This document shows positions 29,097 to 38,100 of a stretch of DNA of 64,000 nt, piece by piece. Below the pieces are notes generated by a model. It did no database searches and had not been told where the DNA came from. It saw only the letters and a list, made by a program, of their open reading frames with translations. The first letter of the stretch is position 1. Each line of letters starts with the position of its first letter. The translations under genes were made by a program, and so were the position numbers. This DNA is from Planctomycetota bacterium (GTDB lineage: Bacteria; Planctomycetota; UBA1135; UBA2386), in NCBI GenBank assembly GCA_965228735.1, contig OZ245838.1:6688001-6752000 (forward strand), in the 5' to 3' direction.

Positions 29097-30527
29097 TCAG
29101 GGGAGTTGGGTCAGGAGCGTCGTGTTGTCCGGGGTCTGGCGCAGGAGGTCGACGACGTGGTCGAGGCGTTGGCGTGAGGTGAGGGGGGCGAGGTGCTCGC
29201 GCAGGCGGCGGAGGGCCTGGATCTGGGATTCGGGGAGCAGGGTGTCTTCGCGGCGGGTGCCCGTGCGGAGGACGTCGAGGGCCGGGGCGACGTGTTGGTC
29301 GGCGAGGTCGCGGTCGAGGACGATGTCGCTGTTGCCGCGGTTGTGGAACTCGTCGAGGATCGCGGTGTCGAGGCGCGAGTCGGCGTCGGTGATCGCCGTC
29401 GCGATGAGCGTGAGGGAGCCGCCCTCTTCGCACTTGCGCGCCGCGCCGAACAGGCGTTTGGGCCGCAGCACGGCACCGGCGTCGAGGCCGACGCAGATGA
29501 GGCGGCCGGTCGGGATGATCTCGAGGTTGAGGGCGCGGACGTAGGCGGTCAGCGAGTCGAACAGCAGAACGACGTCCTCGCCCGCCTCGACCATGCGCTG
29601 GGCGCGCGCGAGCGTCATGTCGGCGAGCGCGACATGGCGCGCCGGCGGTTGCTCGAACGTCGTCGCGACGATGTCGGCGTCGCCGCTGCCCGCCGCGTGA
29701 ATGCGGCGCCGGATACCCGTCAGTTCCTCGGGCCGCTCGTCCAGCAGGCACATGTGGACGAACAGGTCCGGGTGATTGAGCCGCAGCGCCACGGCGATCT
29801 CCTCGAGCAATCGGGTGCGGCCGGAGCCGGGCGGCGCGGCGATGAGGACGCGCTGGCCGAGCCCCCAGGGCGCGAGCAGGTCGATCGCGCGCAGGGCCAG
29901 CGACGCGTTCTCGTGGTCCAGCCGCAGGCGGTCGGTCGGCAGGATCGGCGTGCGAGCGCCGAATGGCACGCGCCGGCGCTGCGTCGCGATGTCGCCGCCA
30001 TTGACCGAGTCGACGTGCAGCAGCGCGAAGAAGTTCTCACCCCGCCGCGGCGGCCGCACTGGGCCAGCCAGTCGATGCCCGCTCTTGAGGTTGAGGCGGC
30101 GCACCTGACTCGGGCTCACGTAGACGTCGTCGGGACCGGGCTCGAAGTCGTTGCGGATCGAACGCAAGAATCCGAAGCCGTCGGGGAGCACGTCGAGGAC
30201 GCCCTCGGCCCAGCCGAGTCCCGAGCGCTCGAAGCGGTGCTGCAGGATCGCGAACACGAGCTCGCTCTTGCCGAGGTTGGGAACGACGTCGAGGCCTTCG
30301 TCGTGCGCGAGGTCGAGCAGTTCTTTGGCGGAACGCGCCTGCAGCGCGGTGATGTCGCCGCCGTGGTCCCGCCGCGCCTGCTTCAGCAGTTCTTCGCGCT
30401 CCTCGGCGCTCATGGTCTCCAGGTCCGTCCCGTCGGATCGGCCAGCCGCCGGCTGCCCGTCGGCCTGCGGCCCGCTCGCACGGGACCCTTCTCGGCGCGG
30501 GGCGGGGTTGCGGGACGAGTCGTGCAC
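29097..30527 (-). CDS. rho: Transcription termination factor Rho, divergent copy
   Basis: EGVLDVLPDGFGFLRS, DDVYVSPSQVRR, DERPEE, LFDSLT and PKRLFGAARKCEEGGSLT motifs; Walker A reads APPGSGRT. Confidence 0.85.
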   Translation of the reverse strand: MHDSSRNPAPRREGSRASGPQADGQPAAGRSDGTDLETMSAEEREELLKQARRDHGGDITALQARSAKELLDLAHDEGLDVVPNLGKSELVFAILQHRFERSGLGWAEGVLDVLPDGFGFLRSIRNDFEPGPDDVYVSPSQVRRLNLKSGHRLAGPVRPPRRGENFFALLHVDSVNGGDIATQRRRVPFGARTPILPTDRLRLDHENASLALRAIDLLAPWGLGQRVLIAAPPGSGRTRLLEEIAVALRLNHPDLFVHMCLLDERPEELTGIRRRIHAAGSGDADIVATTFEQPPARHVALADMTLARAQRMVEAGEDVVLLFDSLTAYVRALNLEIIPTGRLICVGLDAGAVLRPKRLFGAARKCEEGGSLTLIATAITDADSRLDTAILDEFHNRGNSDIVLDRDLADQHVAPALDVLRTGTRREDTLLPESQIQALRRLREHLAPLTSRQRLDHVVDLLRQTPDNTTLLTQLP

Positions 30528-30563
30528 GGGATCGCCGGGAAGTGGCCGAGGAGGAGCGCCGCA

Positions 30564-31229
30564 TCAGCCCGCGCCGGTTGCGGCCAGCTCGTCGAGCACG
30601 GCCGCGACCTGCTGCGCGGTGACCGTGAGGTCGCCATCGTTCTGGATGGTATGGCGCGCGTGCGCCTTTTTCACCGCGAGGTCGACCTGCGCGGCTTCGC
30701 GGCGCGCGAGCTCGCCGTCGCTCCAGCCGCGCGCCGCGGCCCGTTCTCGCCGCGTGGCCGCACTCGCATCGACGAACACCGTGACGTCGCAGAACTCGAC
30801 GAGACCGGTCTCGTGCATCAGCGGGGCATCGAGGAGAACGGAGTGACCGGCGGCCTTCGCAGCGTGGAGGTCCGCGAGGATCCGGGCCCGGATCGGCGGG
30901 TGCAGGATGGCCTCGAGGCGGGCGCGGCGGTCCGGCGCGGGGAAGACCACGTCGGCCAGCGCCTGGCGGTCGAGGGCCTGCCCGCTGGCGTCCAGGACGT
31001 CCGGGCCGAACTCCGAGCGCACCGCGGCGACGATCTCGGGGGTCCCGGCGACCTCCCGGGCGACCGCGTCGGCGTCCACCGGCACCAGCCCGTGGCCGCA
31101 AAAAAGCTCCGCCACGGTGGATTTCCCCGCGGCTACGCCGCCCGTGATACCGACGACAACGGGCCGCGCGGGCCGGAAAGGCGGCCCGGCCCTGGGGTCT
31201 TGCGGGGGCTTCCGCGCCATGTCGGCCAT
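30564..31229 (-). CDS. coaE: Dephospho-CoA kinase
   Basis: GITGGVAAGKSTV, DAD, LDRQALA, LEAILHP and DAPLMHE motifs. Confidence 0.93.
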   Translation of the reverse strand: MADMARKPPQDPRAGPPFRPARPVVVGITGGVAAGKSTVAELFCGHGLVPVDADAVAREVAGTPEIVAAVRSEFGPDVLDASGQALDRQALADVVFPAPDRRARLEAILHPPIRARILADLHAAKAAGHSVLLDAPLMHETGLVEFCDVTVFVDASAATRRERAAARGWSDGELARREAAQVDLAVKKAHARHTIQNDGDLTVTAQQVAAVLDELAATGAG

Positions 31230-31275
31230 CCTGGGGTAGTCTATGGACGATGGCAAGTCGAAGCGAGGCGCCGCC

Positions 31276-31305
31276 TTGACCGAGACTCGCCTGCCTACCT
31301 AAGAT
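31276..31305 (+). promoter_or_regulatory. Putative sigma70-type promoter
   Basis: TTGACC-N18-TAAGAT upstream of the gene at 31417. Confidence 0.5.
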
Positions 31306-31416
31306 CCCGTCCCTCGCGAACCTCGGGTTTCGGCCCGGTCCGGCGTGCCCTCGCCCGGATGCGCGATTCCCTCTCCGTCCGAATCCCGACAGACCCCACC
31401 CTTGGAGCACGTTCCA

Positions 31417-32697
31417 ATGCAAACCCGCCAGAGCGGTGCCGCCCACGTCCCGATCATGTTCTTCCTCATTCTCCTGGTGATCTTCCTGGGGACGTTGGGG
31501 TTCGCCTACGTGACGCTGACCGAGAACGGCGAGCTGATCCAGGAGCGCGATGAAGCCGTCGCCCTCGCCGACGCCGAGAAGGCCAAGGCGCTGCTCGTCG
31601 AGCACTACATCGCCGACATCGGTGCGAAGGTCGGGATCCCGGCTTCCGAGTACCAGGGCCGCGCCGGGAGCTCCGGGCTCTACAACGGCAACACGCTGAC
31701 CAGCGAAGGCGTGATGGACCCGGACGCGATCAAGGCGGCGATCGACAAGGCCTGCCAGGACGCCGGCGTGTCGGTCGGCATCGGCCTGCCGAACGTCCTC
31801 AACTCGATGGTCACGAAGATCAGTCAGCTCGAGCAGGCGGCCAAGGACGCCCGCGCGGAGCGCGACGCGATCACTGCGAAGAACGCGCAGCTGCAGAGCA
31901 GCTTCAGCACGGCGACCGCGGACGCCGCGGCGAAGGGTCGTGACTTCGACCAGTCGCTCGAGACCGCGCGTTCGACGTTCGCCGCCGACGTGCAGCGTCG
32001 TGACACGACGATCGCCAACCTGCAGCAGAACCTCGTCGACAAGGACGACGAGATGAACCGCAAGGCCGAAGAGAACACGGCGAACGAGAAGAAGCTCAAG
32101 GGCGAGATCGCCGAGCTGCGCAACCAGAACAGCTACCTCACCTCGCGTGAGACGCTGCGCAAGCCCGCCAACGTCGCCGACGGCAAGGTCATCGCGGCCC
32201 GTCAGGGTGTCCGCACGGCCTACATCGACCTCGGCAAGAAGGATCTGCTGCAGGAGAACACGATCTTCCGCATCCAGAACCCGCGCAAGGAAGGCGTGAA
32301 GGGCTACGCCCGCGTCATCCGCGTCGAGCCGACCCGCGCCGAGGTCGAGATCTCCGGCGTCGTCGACCCGGTCGGTGACTTCGTCCGCGAGGGCGATCTG
32401 CTCTTCAACGACCTCTACACCCCGAACATGCCGCGCACGATCTACCTGATGGGTCGCTTCAGCGCGCCCTACAACAAGGACACGATCGCGACGCTGCTCC
32501 GCGGCCTCGGCAACAAGGTCGTGACCCGCATGGGCCCGGGCGTCGACACGGTCGTCCTCGGCAACGACCCGCTCACCGAGGCCGGCGACGGCTTCGCCAA
32601 GATCGAGGACAGCGAGGAGTACAAGAAGGCGGTCCAGCTCCGCGTCGAGTTCGCCCCGCTGCTCAAGATCCGCGACCTGATCACGCCGACCCGCTGA
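31417..32697 (+). CDS. Membrane-anchored coiled-coil protein with C-terminal BRCT-like domain
   Basis: N-terminal TM helix, long heptad region, beta-rich domain, then TIYLMGRF...LLRGLGNKVVTRMGPGVDTVVLG...YKKAVQLRV (BRCT pattern). Confidence 0.65.
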   Translation: MQTRQSGAAHVPIMFFLILLVIFLGTLGFAYVTLTENGELIQERDEAVALADAEKAKALLVEHYIADIGAKVGIPASEYQGRAGSSGLYNGNTLTSEGVMDPDAIKAAIDKACQDAGVSVGIGLPNVLNSMVTKISQLEQAAKDARAERDAITAKNAQLQSSFSTATADAAAKGRDFDQSLETARSTFAADVQRRDTTIANLQQNLVDKDDEMNRKAEENTANEKKLKGEIAELRNQNSYLTSRETLRKPANVADGKVIAARQGVRTAYIDLGKKDLLQENTIFRIQNPRKEGVKGYARVIRVEPTRAEVEISGVVDPVGDFVREGDLLFNDLYTPNMPRTIYLMGRFSAPYNKDTIATLLRGLGNKVVTRMGPGVDTVVLGNDPLTEAGDGFAKIEDSEEYKKAVQLRVEFAPLLKIRDLITPTR

Positions 32698-32738
32698 TTC
32701 TGCTGGCCCGCTGATCCAACCGCGATCCTGAGATCCGG

Positions 32739-32773
32739 AGAACGGCCGCTCCCGCAAGGGGGCGGCCGTTCTT
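32739..32773 (+). terminator. GC-rich hairpin with GCAA tetraloop; probable terminator
   Basis: AGAACGGCCGCTCCC-GCAA-GGGGGCGGCCGTTCT(T), about 40 nt after the stop codon. Confidence 0.7.
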
Positions 32774-32832
32774 GCGTACGGTACGCGGTTCAAACTGCCG
32801 GACTCCGGCAGTTTGAACCGCGTACCGTACGC
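32774..32832. repeat. Perfect 59-bp palindrome (REPIN-like doublet)
   Basis: 29-bp arms GCGTACGGTACGCGGTTCAAACTGCCGGA and its exact reverse complement around a single C. Confidence 0.92.
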
Positions 32833-32846
32833 TAGAGTCTGGCGGA

Positions 32847-33854
32847 ATGGTGCAGCTCGACGACCCGAACCTCGGTGCGGACCTCGATCAGGGAGGGGGG
32901 GAGCTGGCGCGGATGTCGTTCGGGGATCACCTCGACGAGTTGCGCAAGCGGTTGATCCGGTCGTTGCTGCTGGTCTTCGTCGCGATCCTGGCGGTGATGC
33001 CGTTCAAGACGGAGGTGCAGGCGATCGTCACCGAGCCCTATCGCGTGCAGTGGCGCATCGGGTTCGAGAACTGGGTCGCCGAGCTCGAGCGGCAGGAGGC
33101 CGAGGGCGAGCTCGCGGAGGATCCGGAGGGGCGCGAGATGCTCGCCTATTGCCGTGAGCACATGGAGTCGATCCTCTCCGGCGACAAGAAGCACAAGCAC
33201 CTGCTCGATGACAAGACTGGCTACCCGGTGCCCTACACCCTCGCCGCGATCAACGGCCTCGAGGACATGTTCAACTACATGCTCGCCTCGGTGCTGTTCG
33301 CCCTCGTGCTGGTGTCGCCGTTCGTCGTGTGGCAGGCGTGGGCGTTCGTGGCCGCGGGCCTCTATCGTCACGAGCAGCGGCTATTCTACCGCTACTTTCC
33401 GTTCATGGTCGCGCTGTTCGCATCGGGCGTGGCCTTCGGCTACCGGATCGTGTTGCCGTTCAGCCTCGGCTTCCTGATCTCGCTGATGAACCCCGACCAG
33501 GTCGGTGCCATGCTCGCCGTGGGGCAGTACTTCACCCTGCTGTTCTGGCTGACGGCGGCGATGGGGCTCATGTTCCAGCTGCCCCTCGTGATGCTCGCGC
33601 TGCAGCGCGTCGGCCTCGTGACCCACAAGGGCTTCCGCAAGCACTGGCGGATCACGCTGCTGATCATCTTCATCGCGGGCGCGATCTTCACGCCGCCGGA
33701 GCCGATCTCGATGCTGCTGACGGCGACGCCGATGGTGATCCTCTTCGGGCTCGGTCTGCTCCTGACCTACTTCGGCCAGAAGGGTGAGGCGCGCATCGCG
33801 GTCGAATCGGCCGCGGCAGCCGCCGCCGAAGAAGCGGACGGCGAGAAGTCCTGA
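32847..33854 (+). CDS. tatC: Twin-arginine translocase subunit TatC (enlarged first periplasmic loop)
   Basis: MSFGDHLDELRKRL, QAWAFVAAGLYRHE, FQLP and IFTPPE motifs. Confidence 0.93.
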   Translation: MVQLDDPNLGADLDQGGGELARMSFGDHLDELRKRLIRSLLLVFVAILAVMPFKTEVQAIVTEPYRVQWRIGFENWVAELERQEAEGELAEDPEGREMLAYCREHMESILSGDKKHKHLLDDKTGYPVPYTLAAINGLEDMFNYMLASVLFALVLVSPFVVWQAWAFVAAGLYRHEQRLFYRYFPFMVALFASGVAFGYRIVLPFSLGFLISLMNPDQVGAMLAVGQYFTLLFWLTAAMGLMFQLPLVMLALQRVGLVTHKGFRKHWRITLLIIFIAGAIFTPPEPISMLLTATPMVILFGLGLLLTYFGQKGEARIAVESAAAAAAEEADGEKS

Positions 33855-33867
33855 GGCCGGTCGCAGC

Positions 33868-35100
33868 ATGACCCTCCAGGCCCAGGTTCTCGCGATCGGT
33901 GACGAGCTCGTGCACGGCGCAGCACTCGACACCAACAGCCGCTACCTCGCGCAGCAGCTCGAACGCCTCGGCCTCGTCGTGCGCCGCTTCACGGTCGTCG
34001 GCGACGACCCCGACCACCTCGAGCAGGCGATCACCGCCGCGTGCGAGCACGCCGACGTCGTCGTCGCGACGGGCGGACTCGGGCCGACGCTCGATGACCG
34101 CACGCGCGAGGTCGTGGCGCAGATCCTCGGCGTCGAGCTGCTGTTCGACGAACCGAGCTGGCACCACGTGCGCGACTGGCTGCGGCAGCGGAAGCGCCCC
34201 GTGCCCGAGAGCAACCGGCGGCAGGCGATGTACCCCGCGGGCGGCGATCTGCTCGCGAACGCGTGGGGCACGGCACCCGGCTTCGCGGTGACGATTCGCG
34301 GTGCCCGCTTCTTCGCGCTGCCCGGCGTGCCGCGCGAGATGCGCGCGATGTTCGCGGAGCACGTCGAACCGGCGGTCGCGGCGATGCCCGGACTGACGCC
34401 GACGACCGACCTCAAGCTGCGCGTGCTCGGCCCGTCCGAAGCCGCGCTCGGCGAGAAGCTCGCGCCGTTCATGGCCGCCGGCCGGAACCCCGCGGTCGGC
34501 ATCACGGCGAGCGGCGGGCTGCTCACGGTCCGCATCGTCGCGACGGCCGGCGACCGCGCGGCCGCGACCGGACTCTGCGAGGCGACGGCGCAGCAACTGC
34601 GGCCGCTGCTCGGCGATGGGCTGTTCGCGGAGGGCGAGGGCGAACTGCCCGAGCTCGTCCTGCAGGCGCTGCGCGAACGTGGTCTGACGCTGGCCGCCGC
34701 CGAGTCCTGCACGGGCGGCAAGATCGCGGCGCAGCTCGTCGACGTCGCGGGCGCATCCGACGTCTTCTGCGGCGGCGTCGTCGCCTACAGCAACGCGAGC
34801 AAGACCGCGCTGCTCGGTGTGCCCGCCGAACTCATCGCGGACCACGGCGCCGTCAGCGAGCCCGTGGCGCGGGCGATGGCCGTGGCTGCGCGCGAACGCT
34901 TCGGGGCCGATCTCGCGGTCGCCACGACCGGCATCGCGGGGCCGGCCGGCGGCTCGGCCGAAAAGCCCGTTGGCACGGTCTGTTTCGCGCTCGTCGGCCG
35001 CGACGGCGAACGCGTCTGGACGAGCCGCATTCCGGACCTCGGCCGCGAGTTCATCCGTGACCGCGCGGTCTACGAGGTGTTCCGCGCGCTCATCCGGTGA
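33868..35100 (+). CDS. cinA: CinA family (MocF domain + NMN deamidase)
   Basis: IGDEL...DTNS, TGGLGPTLDDRT, AESCTGG, GAVSE and TTGIAGP motifs. Confidence 0.93.
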   Translation: MTLQAQVLAIGDELVHGAALDTNSRYLAQQLERLGLVVRRFTVVGDDPDHLEQAITAACEHADVVVATGGLGPTLDDRTREVVAQILGVELLFDEPSWHHVRDWLRQRKRPVPESNRRQAMYPAGGDLLANAWGTAPGFAVTIRGARFFALPGVPREMRAMFAEHVEPAVAAMPGLTPTTDLKLRVLGPSEAALGEKLAPFMAAGRNPAVGITASGGLLTVRIVATAGDRAAATGLCEATAQQLRPLLGDGLFAEGEGELPELVLQALRERGLTLAAAESCTGGKIAAQLVDVAGASDVFCGGVVAYSNASKTALLGVPAELIADHGAVSEPVARAMAVAARERFGADLAVATTGIAGPAGGSAEKPVGTVCFALVGRDGERVWTSRIPDLGREFIRDRAVYEVFRALIR

Positions 35101-35148
35101 GGCGTTCGTGTCCGGTCACCGACGGGTACCGACTATGATGGGTCACCG

Positions 35149-38100
35149 GTGAACATCTGTCTGTCGTGCGAGGGCGTGACGGCCACAACGGCCAAGCGCT
35201 GCGGCCACTGCGGGGCCTTCCTGCTGCCGCTGGACGACGTCCACTTCCCGACGCGCCGCGGCGAGGCCGATGCCGGCCACCCGATGCTCGGCGCCGTCGT
35301 CGACGGCAAGTACCGGCTCGAGGGCGTGCTCGGCCGCGGCGGCCTCGGCACCGTGTTCCAGGCCGAGCACGCCGGTTCGCTGATGAAGGTCGCGGTCAAG
35401 CTGCTGCACCCGCGGTTCTCCGAGCGGCCGGAGTATCAGAAGGCGCTGCTGCCCGAAGCGCGCCGGGCGGCGACCGTCACCAACGAGCGGTGCGCGCGCC
35501 TGCTCGATGTCGGCGAGACCGCGGACGGCGGCACCTACCTCGCGATGGAGCTCGTCGACGGCGACACGCTCGACACGCTCGTCAAGTCGGGGCCGGTCGC
35601 GCCGTCGCACGCCGTCGACATCCTCGTCGACATCGCCGAGGCGCTCGTCGCGATCCACGAGGTCGGCCTCGTGCACTGCGACCTCGCGCCGCGCAACGTG
35701 ATGGTGTCGCAGCGCAGCAGCGGTCTCGTGGCGAAGGTGCTCGACTTCGGCATCGCGCGGTCGGTGTCCGTCACCGCGGGCGAACGGCTCGAACACGGCG
35801 AGTTCCGCGGCTTCGCGAACCCCGCGTTCTCCGCACCCGAGCAGCTCGCCGGGCAGGACGTCGATCCGCGCGCCGATCTCTACTCGCTCGGCGCGCTCGG
35901 CTGGTTCCTGCTCACGGGCAAGCCGCCGATCGAAGAAGGCGATTCGTCGCGCGCGGCGCGCGCCGCGGTCGCCGGCGAGCTCGTCGACTGGCCCGGCGTG
36001 TCCGGGGTGCCGCGCCGGCTGCAGCGGTTGTTGCAGCGTTGCCTCGCGCGCGACCCCGGAGCGCGGCCGGCGTCCGCGGCGGCCGTGCGGCGCGAGCTGA
36101 TCACGATCGCCGGGACGCGCCGGCCGGCGCTGACCAGGTTGGCCGTGTTCGCGCTCGCGGTGGCGGCCGTGCTCACCGTCGCGGTGTCGTTCGCCGGGCA
36201 GGAGGCCTACCTGCAGTCGGTCGGCGGCCCGCTCGTGCTCAGCGAGCGCACCTCGATCGATGTCGTGCACCTGCAGAGTCGGCAGCTCGAGACCGTGCAG
36301 CTGCGCTTCGGCGGTTTCCGCGCGGATCGGCTGCGTCTCGACATCGCGCGCGACGGCACCGTGCTGCGTCAGTGGCCCCTCGGCCCGCAGGTCGACGCCA
36401 ACCAGGAGACGCTGACGCTCAGCGTCGCCCAGCCCGAGTGGCAGCGCGCGCTGCAGAGCATCCTCGACAGCAGCCGGGACAACGCGGTGGATCTGACGTT
36501 CGTCGTGCCGGGTCGGCCGCCGCTCGGCACCTGCCGCGTTCGGCTCGACGACGACCCGCCCGCGCTCGAGCTGACGCTCAACGACCCCGATACGGCGGGG
36601 ATCTCCGCCGGGACGGTAGCCCAGTGGCAGGTCGACGACCGAACGGGCCTCGTCGAGGCGCGGTTGGTCGTCGAACTCGAAGGGGGCCGGACGTTCGGCT
36701 TCGACCTGCCGGTCGCGTCGGCCGGCGGCGGTGAGGTCGCGCTCGGCCGCGACCTCGCGACCCGGATCGACGAGGTCCGTTCGAGCGGCGGCGGTGCGAT
36801 CCGCATCGTCGCCGCGGATCTCGCGGGCAACGTCGCGAATCGGATCGTGCACGAGTTCGACTGGCTCGACGTGCGCGCGCCGAGCGTGCAGGACGTCACG
36901 GGGCCGACTGGCGAGGACTACCTGCCGAGCGTCTCGGGCCGGATTCGGATGCGGGTGCAGCTGTCCGCCCCCGAGCCCGGCAGTCGGCTCGTCGTGCGGA
37001 ACGTCGACGGCAGCGAGGTCGCGCGGCGGCAGCTCGAGGAGGCCAGCGTCTGCGTCCTCGAGATCGACGCCGATGCGCCGGAGGTCGGGCCGCCGAGCGC
37101 CTCGAAGCGTTACGAGTTCGAAGTCGTCGACCCGGTCGGCAACCGCTCGACGCGGACGGTCACGTGCGCGGTGCGTGACAGTTCGATCGGGCTGCAGTTC
37201 CTCGGCGACGGGCTGAGCTTCGTGACGGTCGGCGAGGAGCTCGTCATCGGCCCCGACGGCGCGGACGCGACGTTGCGGTGTTCCCCGCTCTACCGGGTCG
37301 CAACGATGCGTATCGAGTCCGAGAACGCGGCGGCCCAGAAGGCGACGATCGACTTCCGCGCTCAGCCGGGCACGACCGCGGTCACGTTCGGCAGCGTGCC
37401 GCCCGGTCGCCATCGCCTCGCGATCGAGCTCACCGAGAGCGCGGGCGACGGCGCGCTGCGCGTGCGGGAATGGCTGCCGCTGCGGGTCCTGCCGCCCGCG
37501 ATCGAGGTGCACATCGCGCCGCCGGCCTCGCGCTTCCTCGCCGGGTTGGTGCGCGCCGGTGTGCTGGCCGAAGCGGGCGATGGCTACCGCGAAGGCAACG
37601 GCTGGGGGCTCGACCCCGACCTGCGGACCTACGTGCGCGGCTCGGTCTGGACCGGGTTCACGCTCGGCCCGATCCCGCTGCCGATGGTGGCCGATCCGAG
37701 CGATCCGCTGCTGCCCGAGCTGCGTCCCCTGCCGGGTCACAACGTTCTCGCGCTCGATCTCGTCGACGTGCTCGATCGTGACGTGCGCGTCCTCGTCGGG
37801 GATGCCGCGCCGCCGCGCCGCCTCGTGGGCGGTCGCAGCGTCGACGTCATCGCCGAGTTCTTCTGGCACAACGAGCCGCCGGTGGCCGTCGGCGAGGAGT
37901 TGCTCGTCGAGCATGGTCAACCGGCGCGCCTGCGGCTGCGTTTCCCGCTGCCCTACGACGAGCGCGACGCGTTGCGACTGAGCCTCTCCGAGAACGAGTT
38001 GCTGCCGGTCGGCATCGAGTCCGAGGGGGCCGGGGACGATCGGTCGATCGCGACCTACGAGATCCCGTTCGAGATCTGGCGGTCCGCGGCGGGCCTGGTC

